DNA of 64,000 nucleotides from Macrostomum hystrix (Eukaryota; Animalia; Platyhelminthes), in contig CATNEN010000003.1 in NCBI GenBank assembly GCA_950097015.1, forward strand, positions 12,028,001 through 12,092,000. Reading direction: 5' to 3'. The stretch's first letter is position 1, and each line of letters begins with the position of its first letter. Below the pieces are notes generated by a model that was given only the letters and a program-made list of their open reading frames with translations, did no database searches and was not told the origin of the DNA. Below, in pieces: positions 25,901 to 35,797 of this stretch. The position numbers and the translations under genes are program-made.

Positions 25901-28900
25901 CGAAAGCGAGTTTCAAGAAACTTCCGTTACATTCTATATCGAAAGCGAGTTTCAAGAAACTTCCGTTACATTCTATATCGAAAGCGAGTTTCAAGAAACT
26001 TCCGTTACATTCTATATCGAAAGCGAGTTTCAAGAAACTTCCGTTACATTCTATATCGAAAGCGAGTTTCAAGAAACTTCCGTTACATTCTATATCGAAA
26101 GCGAGTTTCAAGAAACTTCCGTTACATTCTATATCGAAAGCGAGTTTCAAGAAACTTCCGTTACATTCTATATCGAAAGCGAGTTTCAAGAAACTTCCGT
26201 TACATTCTGTATCTAAAGCTAGTTTTAAGTAACTTCCGTTAAATTTTTGTTAAGTCAGATTAATTTTCGCTAGTTTCTATGAAACCGGAAATTTTTTTTT
26301 GGTAAATTTTAAACCCACGCTTAGGTGACAAAAATGGGAGGTGTGAAACCTTTGCTCCACACTTCCCACACTCTGTTGAGGCCAGAAAAAGATCTCCCAA
26401 ATTTCCTACTCCCCACTTTGCTCTGCACAATATCTCTATTTGGTAAAACGGCGCCACTTACTTTACTTTGAAAAGAATAGCCAGCACATTAATTTCTGTT
26501 AGTCGGGTCTGGCACAAAAAACTAACTTTTGTTTATTTGCTTTCCCCTAAGCACCCTGCCAGCACCAGTTTAGTGTTAGTTAGTGCAGGGTAACTGGTGA
26601 ACCAGGGCAAAGACAATAAACTAGATTTCTGTGTGAACGCAGCGGTTTCTATAGTTTTAGAACGAGAAGAGATTTAGTACCGACGACTAAAAAAGTTGTC
26701 GTTCTTTGCGCTATAAAGTAGCTATTTTTCTGTATTGGACAGTGGCTTGCCAAATTTAGTGTCTGTTGTATGCTGCACTGACAATTGCATTGTGTTGGAT
26801 TTGTTGAATTGAACTATGGGAGTGAATTGTTGGGATTTGGATTAAGTGTAGGATTATTGTCCCGTAATTGGACTATTGGACAACTGGATTTGGAATGTGG
26901 ACAGTGTAAATGGAGAGGGACACAAGAGAGAGCAGAGCTGAAAGAGGAGAGATAAGAGAGGATTATAGAGAGATAAGAGAGGAGAGACAAGAGAGGATAG
27001 TAGAGAGATAAGAGAAACGAGATAAGAAAGGAGAGATAAGAAAGGAGAGATAAGAGAGGATTATAGAGAGATAAGAGAGGAGAGATAAGAGAGGATAGTA
27101 GAGAGATAAGAGACGAGAGATAAGAGAGGAGAGATAGGAGAGGAGAGATAAGAGAGGAGAGATTAGAGAGAAGAGAAAAGAGAGGAGAGATAAGAAGGGA
27201 AAGATAAGAGAGGAGAGATCAGAGAGGAGAGATAAGAGAGGAGAGAAAATAGAAGAGAGATAAGAGAGGAAAGATAAGAGAGGAGAGATTAGAGAGAAGA
27301 GAAGAGAGAGGAGAGATAAGAAGGGAGAGATAAGAAAGGAGAGATAAGAGAGGAGAGATAAGAGAGGAGAGATAAAAGAGGAGAGATAAGAGAGGAGAGA
27401 TAAGAGAAGAGAGATAAGAGAGGAGAGATAAGAGAAGAGAGATAAGAGATGAGAGATAAGAGAGGAGAGATAAGAGAGGAGAGATTAGAGAGGAGAGATT
27501 AGAGAAGAGAGATAAGAGATGAGAGATAAGAGAGGACAGATAAGAGAGTAGAGAGGACAGATTAGAGGTGACAGTGAAGAGAGATGAGAGAGGGGAGATA
27601 TAAGAGGAGAGAGGAGAGAGTAGAGAGGACAGATTAGACGTGAGAGTGAAGAGAGATGAGAGAGGGGAGAGATAAGAGGAGAGAGGGGAGAGGAGAGAGT
27701 GAGACACGAGAGAACAGAAAAGGTGCTTGAGAATACTTAAAAGGCACGAAAAGTAAAAATTAATAAAAGTCTTCATTAACGTGAAATAACAAACGATGTA
27801 TGACTAATTGATCAAAAATATTCTATAGCAGTAAATGTGAAGCAGTAAAATTTTAATGTCTCTTCTAAAGCAGATCTCAAGGCTATAAGTTGAATAAAAA
27901 AATGGCAGTCAAGTCTTTGCAAAGCCCAAGTGTTTTGACTGACAGTTAAAAAGCTAAACAAAACGTGACAGAAATGGCAGCTGAAATTATCAAGCCTCAC
28001 ACAGTGGAAAGTTAAGCAGTGTTGTGGGCTCTTGTCTATTGTCTGCCAACTTGGTTGGACAATTAAACAGCTATGGCATAGGCAACTAGTAAAGGCTGTA
28101 GATTTTTAACTTTCTCATTATTTTCTACCGTGTAGTAGAAAGTCCTGCCCTACAGCAAGAAATTTTATGTCACAATAGTCACTTGTTGAGTTCATGGGGC
28201 TAGAGAAAAAGGAGGCTAGAACAGCTCTGCCGTGGGTACAATGATTTCTAGGAAAAGAGGCTGTATCTAAGAGTCGCACTCTATTGTGAGTTTACGAATC
28301 CGTATTTTCCGTAAAACACACGATAGACAGCTGACTGAAATTTTCGCGTCATACTTGGCACGCTTACGTAAAAAATAGACATTTAGTCTGTGTCTTTGTC
28401 CGAAGGTTTGTTATAAGCTGCAGTTACAAATGGTTAGAGTTTGGCTTGATTGTGCACCGTTAAACCAAAGATTTTGGGTAATTAGTGTCTCATCAGCCTC
28501 TCTGCAATTACGATCAATCACTCCCTCATAATCAGTCACTCTCTCCCTCACTTCAGTCACTCTATCTCCCTCACTTCAGTCACTCTCTCTCCCTCACTTC
28601 AGTCACTCTCTCTCCCTCACTTCAGTCACTCTCTCCCTCACTTCAGTCACTCTCTCCCTCACTTCAGTCACTCTCTCCCTCACTTCAGTCACTCTCTCTC
28701 CCTCACTTCAGTCACTCTCTCCCTCACTTCAGTCACTCTCTCCCTCACTTCAGTCACTCTCTCCCTCACTTCAGTCACTCTATCTCTCTCACTTCAGTCA
28801 CTTTATCTCTCACTTCAGTCACTCTATCTCCCTCACTTCAGTCACTCTATCTCTCTCACTTCAGTCACTTTATCTCTCACTTCAGTCACTCTATCTCCCT

Positions 28901-31900
28901 CACTTCAGTCACTCTATCTCTGTCACATCAGTCACTCTATCTCCCTCACTTCAGTCACTCTATCTCCCTCACTTCAGTCACTCTATCTCCCTCACTTCAG
29001 TCACTATATCTCCCTCACTTCAGTCACTCTATCTCCCTCACTTCAGTCACTCTCTCCTTCCGTCAGCCATTCTCTCTCACCCTCACTTCAGTCCCTCTCT
29101 GTACCTCACTTCAGTCACTCTATCTCTGTCACTTCAGTCACTTTCTCTCTCTCACTTCAGTCACTCTCTCCTTCACTCAGCCAATCTCTCTCACTCTCAC
29201 TTCAGTCCCTCTCTGTACCTCACTTCAGTCACTCTATCTCTGTCACTTCAGTCACTTTCTCTCTCTCACTTCAGTCACTCTCTCCTTCACTCAGCCAATC
29301 TCTCTCACTCTCACTTCAGTCACTCTCTGTACCTCACTTCAGTCACTCTCTGTACCTCACTTCAGTCACTCTCTGTACCTCACTTCAGTCACTCTATCTC
29401 CCTCACTTCAGTCCCTCTCTGTACCTCACTTCAGTCACTCTATCTCTCTGTTACGATGGTCAGCTCGCCTTGAATTGCTGTATATTATAGTATAATTAAT
29501 TTATACCTGACTCCGACAAAGCATTGTTACAAAGTAGCCTTTGACAAAAGATTTCGTGGAAATATTGCTGGCTTCTAAAAAAACACCCAGGCCACCTGTT
29601 AATGATGAGCACCTGCTGTCATTGTAATGACAGCGGTCATTGTAGGTGCCTGGGTATTGCACAAAAAGAAGCATGATGAATAGCAGATTTATGCAACTTT
29701 TTCATCAATCGGCCGAGAGTCAAAAAGTCAAAAGGCCCTGACCCGACAAAAAATAGATATTTTTCCTCATTTCTCGTCTAAGCGGGAGGGCGATAATCAC
29801 TAGTCTTGTCTGATCAAGAACAGACCCTAGAAGGGTTTGGCTTTTAGGCTTTCTACTGTTCCCAGCCAGGCCTTTTTCATTTCCATCGAGAATCCCATAA
29901 CACGCTTAGAGGCAAAAAAAGAAAACACCAGTTCTTGCCTATTTCTGGCCTTCCTTTTATTATCCCTTCATTAGCTCGTTTAGCCGAGCAATTTAAGCAG
30001 AAAAGAATTGCACTGTCCATCGTGGCCTTGGTACAATCCAATGATCTTCTATTGAGTCGCACTCAAATATGCCAGTGTATAGAACTAATTATCCTGTTAG
30101 CTAAATCCTCTTCTTGATCGCGTTGAGTTGGATTCGCTTGAGTATATTGGCCGTAGAAAGAAGATTTCGTTTTCTGTCCAATGAGCAGTGCATGTCATTT
30201 CTGTCAGGGTTTAACGTGTTGCCAGAGCTAAGGCTTTTCAGAACTAATAGAAGGTCCTTTTAATCAGTCATCTCCAACACCAGGTCAAACGGCTGCACGG
30301 GCATTAGCGTGTCCAGTGGATTTAGTTTAGATTAGATTCTCTTCCCATTCTCTCTTTTATCCTATAGTATCAGACTGGAAGCCGGATATGAATTGTTTCT
30401 GCGAGAAAGAAGCTTTTACAAGAGACAACCTTTTTGTTGGATTGCCCATTTAGCGAATCTATTAGGCTGCAGAGCTCTTAATACTGACGATAATGACAGT
30501 CCGAATATCATAGACGGGAGGGTGAATGGCAGAGCGGTTAACGCGTTTGCCTCTCGCACCAAGGTCCCTGAGCTCGATTTCGCGCCACATTTCAATTAGA
30601 CACATTAAACATCCTTTAGCAAAACAATTTACTCTGAATTGCTTCAGCTCACCCAGCTATTAAATGAGTATCAGCATCAGCTGGGGTAGTTTAAGGCTGG
30701 GTGTGGCGTCCTCCCAGTCCATGGACTGAATAGCTGCGGCTGTGCTGCAGTCGGATGCACACTGACCCAAAAATATTATTAACCTATACAACTTGCAACC
30801 TGATCCCTAATTCCCAGTAGCCCTAATGGGACAGTCTGAGCAGCCGAGTCATGAGCAGCAGCTGCATCACCAGCAACAGCAGCAGCATCTACTAGGAGGT
30901 GGCGAAGTCAGCAACGGCTGCGTCAGCGGTCAGCGAATCCTGCTTCGTCACTACAGTCCACCAGATTGTCTGGGCAACAGTGCAACAGCTGCTCCATCGC
31001 CTCTGACAGTTGCAGCAGCTGCGGCAGCGTCGTCAGCATCAGCGGAAGATGCTCTACCAATGACAAACGCTTCAGGGCGTCTGACAGTTCGCTGGGATGA
31101 AGTGAGTTTTTCAATGCGTATCATTTTTTCTCACTACTATTAAGTACTATAACGAAAATTTCCAAAAAATGTTCAATGAACGCCATAAAATGATACCGTG
31201 ATGACTTAAATACTTCTCCAACGACTCAACTGATTCTCTAGCGACTCAAAAAGTTTACTAAGCGACATAAACGCTTTTTTAACGTCTTCAACTCTTCTCC
31301 AACGTATCCAACGCTTCTCTAACGTCTTCAACTTCTCCAACGTATCCAACGCTTCTCTAACGTCTCCAACGCTTCTCCAACGTCTCCAACGCTTCTCTAA
31401 CGTCTCCAACACTTCTCTAACGTATCCAACGCTTCTCTAACGTCTCCACAGCTTCTCTAACGTATCCAACGCCTCTCTAACGTATCCAACGCTTCTCTAA
31501 CGTATCCAACGTTCTCTAACGTCTCCAACGCTTCTCTAACGTCTCCAACGCTTCTCTAACGTCTTCAACTTCTCCAACGTATCCAACGCCTCTCTAACGT
31601 CTCCAACGATTCTCCAACGTCTTCAACGCTTCTCTAACGTCTCCAACGCTTCTCTAACGTCTCCAACGCTTCTCTAACGTCTCCAACACTTCTCAAACGT
31701 ATCCAACGCCTCTCTAACGTATCCAACGCTTCTCTAACGTATCCAACGTTCTCTAACGTCTCCAACGCTTCTCTAACGTCTCCAACGCTTCTCTAACGTC
31801 TTCAACTTCTCCAACGTATCCAACGCCTCTCTAACGTCTCCAACGATTCTCCAACGTCTTCAACGCTTCTCTAACGTCTCCAACGCTTCTCTAACGTCTC

Positions 31901-33220
31901 CAACGCTTCTCTAACGTCTTCAACGCCTCTCTAACGTCTCCAACGATTCTCCAACGTCTTCAACGCTTCTCTAACGTCTCCAACGCTTCTCTAACGTCTC
32001 CAACGCTTCTCTAACGTATCCAACGCCTCTCTAACGTATCCAACGCTTCTCTAACGTATCCAACGCTTCTCTAACGTCTCCAACGCTTCTCTAGCGTATC
32101 CAACGCTTCTCTAACGTATCCAACGCCTCTCTAACGTCTCCAACGCTTCTCTAGCGTATCCAACGCTTCTCTAACGTATCCAACGCTTCTCTAACGTCTC
32201 CAACGCTTCTCTAGCGTATCCAACGCTTCTCCAACGTATCCAACGCTTCTCTAAGGTATCCAACGCTTCTCTAACGTATCCAACGCTTCTCTAACGTATC
32301 CAACGCTTCTCTAACGTATCAAACGCTTCTCTAACGTATCCAACGCTTCTCTAACGGATCCAACGCTTCTCTAACGTCTCCAACGCTTCTCCAACGTCTC
32401 CAACGCTTCTCTAACGTATCCAACGCTTCTCTAAGGTATCCAACGCTTCTCTAACGTATCCAACGCTTCTCTAACGTATCCAACGCTTCTCTAACGTATC
32501 CAACGCTTCTCTAACGTCTCCAACGCTTCTCTAAGGTATCCAACGCTTCTCTAACGGATCCAACGCTTCTCTAACGTATCCAACGCTTCTCTAACGGATC
32601 CAACGCTTCTCTAACGGATCCAACGCCTCTCTAACGACTCAAACGCTTAACAAACCGGCTAAAACACTTCTCTTGCAAGTGCTCAATACGCCGATTCATG
32701 AGCACACGCGTTTTCATTTTAAAACTTATAATTCTAGCTTCAGTCTAAAATGCTTCATCTGCGCCAGCAGCAGAGAGCAGCAGCTGAGACCAGCATCAGC
32801 AGCAGCGGTTGCGATTGCTCGCTCCAAATGCTTCAGCAGGCAACGCCGCAGCCGCCTGATTTCAGTGGTGAGTTCATTGATCTTGTTCTAAACTGCTCAA
32901 GAGGCCACGTTTTTTTATCTTTCAAATCGACAACTTTAGCGCCGCTGCCGCAGTTGGAGCCGTCGACCAGATCGCCAAATCGCCCAGCTAGTCAACGCCG
33001 GCCAGACCTGCTGAGAACGCATCCGGCAAAAGATTTGGCAGCACCTCAGCTGACTTACATCACTCTGATGCAGTGCGAACAGCACGGAAAACTGCAGCAC
33101 GAGCAGCAGCAGCAGCAGCAGCAGACAATGTTGCAAAAGCAAAAGCAAAAGTGCTCAAGAACTATTGGTGACTCAGTTACTGGCGCAGGCAGGGCTGATC
33201 TCAATGCCAGAATAGTCTGA
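10471..33220 (+). CDS. Protocadherin, 7 extracellular cadherin repeats, TM and Q-rich tail (about 1134 aa); join(10471-10998,13807-14208,14951-15331,15699-16284,23533-24345,30818-31101,32738-32867,32940-33220)
   Basis: All junctions GT-AG and phase-compatible; repeated xEx, AxDxD, LDRE/LDYE and DxNDxxP motifs; Cys-rich EC1 (LCAESNACCNSDQQC); TM LLVAAGLASVTCAFVLILGLGVGVIVC followed by RRR. Cytoplasmic exons are less certain. Confidence 0.88.
11143..11990. repeat. 28-bp polypyrimidine minisatellite (CTCCTCTCTCCTTTCTCCTCTCATTCCT)n
   Basis: Near-perfect tandem units in protocadherin intron 1. Confidence 0.92.
12560..13735. repeat. 16-bp G-rich minisatellite (GTGGGATATGGGAAGT)n
   Basis: Tandem units with two GGG runs each. 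Confidence 0.92.
13807..14208 (+). CDS. Protocadherin exon 2 (EC2)
   Basis: CCGCAG|ATC; IGDYRTIPLAKDPD...LDRE...DENDEKP; GAG|GTTTGT. Confidence 0.9.
14365..14855. repeat. 20/21-bp minisatellite with an 84-bp higher-order unit
   Basis: GACAAAGAGGATTATCTTTA units grade into GTCTAAGTGGATTATCCGTTA units. Confidence 0.85.
14951..15331 (+). CDS. Protocadherin exon 3 (EC3 to start of EC4)
   Basis: TTGCAG|ATA; ATDRD, LDYE, DANDEKP; CAG|GTGGGC. Confidence 0.9.
15699..16284 (+). CDS. Protocadherin exon 4 (EC4-EC5)
   Basis: AATCAG|GTG; LDRE twice, DLNDNAP, DDNDHSP; G|GTGAGT. Confidence 0.9.
16357..16706 (+). mobile_element. tRNA-derived SINE, family B, (TTA)n tail
   Basis: A box TGGCGGAGCGG, B-box-like GAGCTCGATTCC; collinear with 39261-39599. 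Confidence 0.85.
16704..18178. repeat. 24-bp minisatellite (GGTTGGTTAACCATGCAGTTTGTT)n
   Basis: About 60 highly homogeneous units. Confidence 0.95.
18715..19060. repeat. 20-bp minisatellite (GTGAGGTGTCAGTGGAGGCA)n
   Basis: Tandem units; degenerate relative at about 15395-15610. Confidence 0.9.
20024..20620. repeat. 16/17-bp minisatellite (GAGGGTGAGAAAGAG[A]T)n
   Basis: Tandem units. Confidence 0.9.
21014..21660. repeat. 22-bp minisatellite (GAATGGAAGTGAGAGGTAGAGA)n
   Basis: Tandem units. Confidence 0.92.
22430..23480. repeat. 7-bp satellite (GAGATGA)n with variant blocks
   Basis: Tandem units ending about 50 bp before the 23533 acceptor. Confidence 0.9.
23533..24345 (+). CDS. Protocadherin exon 5 (EC6, EC7, TM)
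   Basis: CTGCAG|GT; ATDAD, LDRE, DVNDCQP, ARDCGQPSL, TM helix; G|GTGAGA. Confidence 0.9.
24400..24520. repeat. 22-bp minisatellite (GGTAGATAGAGTGCTAAAGAAA)n
   Basis: About 5 units. Confidence 0.85.
24990..26240. repeat. 39-bp minisatellite (AAAGCGAGTTTCAAGAAACTTCCGTTACATTCTATATCG)n
   Basis: About 30 near-identical units with degenerate edges. Confidence 0.95.
26925..27715. repeat. About 14-bp purine minisatellite (GAGAGGAGAGATAA)n
   Basis: Imperfect tandem units. Confidence 0.85.
28510..29450. repeat. 21-23-bp minisatellite (CACTTCAGTCACTCT[AT]CTCCCT)n
   Basis: Tandem units. Confidence 0.9.
30497..30780 (+). mobile_element. Chimeric SINE: family-B tRNA head plus family-A CORE body
   Basis: 30497-30590 matches 39242-39342; 30605-30780 matches the reverse complement of about 3560-3770. 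Confidence 0.8.
30818..31101 (+). CDS. Protocadherin cytoplasmic exon 6
   Basis: CCCAG|TAG NAGNAG acceptor, phase 1 compatible; GAA|GTGAGT donor. Confidence 0.7.
31210..32645. repeat. 20-bp minisatellite (CAACGCTTCTCTAACGTATC)n
   Basis: Fills most of the 31102-32737 intron. Confidence 0.92.
32738..33220 (+). CDS. Protocadherin terminal cytoplasmic exons (32738-32867, 32940-33220)
   Basis: TTCTAG| acceptor phase 0; 72-nt GT-AG intron; polyQ; TGA stop. Confidence 0.65.
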   Translation, partial: LQSKMLHLRQQQRAAAETSISSSGCDCSLQMLQQATPQPPDFSGEFIDLVLNCSRGHVFLSFKSTTLAPLPQLEPSTRSPNRPASQRRPDLLRTHPAKDLAAPQLTYITLMQCEQHGKLQHEQQQQQQQTMLQKQKQKCSRTIGDSVTGAGRADLNARIV

Positions 33221-33913
33221 ACGGGAGCGTGTGTAATACGAGTGTACCTTTTTACGTAATAAGTAAAATTTCGCCGATATGTTTCGAAAAAAGTATTTAG
33301 CCAAGCCAAAATGATTTATTGTAAATGCTATGCCTTTATCAAAAGAGGATACTTAAAAATAGATTGATATTCGCTTCGAAAAATACTTTAGCAACCGATA
33401 TGTATCGAAAAGTGCGATTTTAAACCAATTTCCTAACAACCGATATGTATCGAAAACGCATTAACTAACGCGAAAACTAAATTGGATTCCAAGAAAGTTC
33501 TCGTCCCCAGTTCGTGTTTAGCGTAGACAAATCGTTTAAAAACTTAATTTTACAATTCATTCTTTAAAATAATAGTTTAAAAAAATCTCCATGAGTATTC
33601 AGTTGTATTATTCCAATTCTTACAGTTCATTTATTTCTTGTTCCGAATATATATTTTAACTAAACGTGATCATGTGAACACGGAAGTCTAACTTGCTTGT
33701 TTTACTTTAATGCTTGTCAGGTACATATTTTATTTTCAAATACAAAAATTAAACAAGTAGTATTGATAGCTTCGGACAGCTACAGCATTCGTGTAAGAAA
33801 GTTTTAATAGACTGTAAGTTTGAAAATTAAAATATAAACCAACGACCACTCTTAGACTGCACTATTTTCCCCCATGGTGAAAGATCACGGGAGTATTTAA
33901 TGTATCTGTTCTA

Positions 33914-34925
33914 TGTGTGGACGCCTGAAGTGACTGTGTGACGTGTGGACGCCTGAAGTGTGATTGTGTGACGTGTGGACGCCCGAAGTGTGACGTGTGG
34001 ATGTCTGAAGTGTGACTGTGTGACGTGTGGACGCCTGAAGTATGGCTGATTGTCGTGTGGGCGCCTGAAGTGGGGCTGTTTGACGTGTGGATGCCTGAAG
34101 TGTGGCTGATTGTCGTGTGGGCGCCTGAAGTGTGACTGTTTGTCGTGTGGACGCCTGAAGTGGGGCTGCTTGACGTGTGGACGTCTGAAGTGTTGCTGCT
34201 TGACGTGTGGACGCCTGAAGTGTTTCTCTTTGTCGTGTGGACGCCTGAAGTGTTGCTCTTTGTCGTGTGGACGCCTGAAGTGTTGCTCTTTGTCGTGTGG
34301 ACGCCTGAAGTGTTGCTCTTTGTCGTGTGGACGCCTGAAGTGTTATTCTTTGTCGTGTGGACGCCTGAAGTGTTGCTGCTTGACGTGTGGACGCCTGAAG
34401 TGTTGCTGCTTGACGTGTGGACGCCTGAAGTGTGGTTCTTTGTCGTGTGGACGCCTGAAGTGTGACTGTGTGTCGTGTGGATGCCTGAAGTATGCCTGAT
34501 TGTCGTGTGGATGCCTGAAGTGGGGCTGTTTGACGTGTGGATGCCTGAAGTGTGGCTAATTGTCGTGTGGGCGCCTGAAGTGGGGCTGTTTGACCACACT
34601 TCAGACGTGTGGACGCCTGAAGTATGGCTGCTTGACGTGTGGACGCCTGAAGTGTTATTCTTTGTCGTGTGGATGTCTGAAGTGTTGCTGCTTGACGTGT
34701 GGACGCCTGAAGTGTTGCTCTTTGTCGTGTGGACGCCTGAAGTGTTGCTCTTTGTCGTGTGGACGCCTGAAGTGTTGCTCTTTGTCGTGTGGACGCCTGA
34801 AGTGTTGCTCTTTGTCGTGTGGACGCCTGAGTGTTGCTGCTTGTCGTGTGGACGCCTGAGTGTTGCTGCTTGTCGTGTGGATGCCTGAGTGTTGCTGCTT
34901 GTCGTGTGGACGCCTGAAGTGTGGT
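33914..34925. repeat. 30-bp minisatellite (TGTCGTGTGGACGCCTGAAGTGTTGCTCTT)n
   Basis: Constant core of about 20 bp plus variable segment of about 10 bp. Confidence 0.92.
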
Positions 34926-35797
34926 TGCTTTAATGTCAAAGTATCGATTATCAAAAGAAGAGCTTGGAAAAGTATTCAATAAAAAGCGATCCCCATTATA
35001 GTGTAAACAGATTGGACTTTTTATCTCCTCAGTGACATTTTCTATAATATTTTCAGGCTACTGAGACGTCACACATGTCCACCTGCAACAATAACTATTA
35101 CTTTTATCCATGCTACTTAAAGTAACAAATCTTAAAAATGTAAACCATGCTAAATAAAATGCGAAAGTCTTGGAAGAATAGCAAGTTATCCTTTATTTCC
35201 TCTCGCAGTCATGTACAGTGCAAATATCTGGCTTCACAACCTCCCCCCACATGAGCACATGTACACTTGGCTGAGCATAGTACTCAACTTACGTAGAATA
35301 GGAAGAGAAGACAGAGAAAAATTTCTAGTCAGAAACAGAAGCAATTGTTTGCAGGCTCAAAAAGCAACTGGCATCTCCCTTTCCTCTCCCCTCATGTCTT
35401 GCCTTCCTTACCTCACATCTCTTCCCCAAATATACTCAAACTGAGGCCATTACCCGAGCCACAAAATATTGAGCCTTTTAAAGGAGAGAAATAAATAGCT
35501 TGAGAAACTGTTGCCAATGCCAACAGGCAATCATTTTCCTACCTACCTCACTCTGTGTGTGTTATAAAAGCCTTGATAACACAAGCTATGTCTCGTAAGA
35601 TAATAGAATATCTTGTATTTAACAAGCAAAACTATCAGTAAACTATCAGCTTAATCATAAATCTTGTTTATCAAAAATTTCATCAGATGGTTTCCAGAAA
35701 GGAATGGGACGACATGCTGTCAAAAAAGGTAAAAACTATTTGATATTCTTGGGATTTTGCTTAAGCTTTGAGACACGAAAAATTTCAATGCTAACCC

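Noticed and set aside
24990-26240. 39-bp repeat with partial dyad (AGTTTCAAGAAACT) resembling a CRISPR repeat
   Set aside because: The units are contiguous with no spacers
33914-34925. CRISPR-like constant plus variable pattern
   Set aside because: The variable parts are about 10 bp, mutually related and recurrent; no cas genes; eukaryotic context
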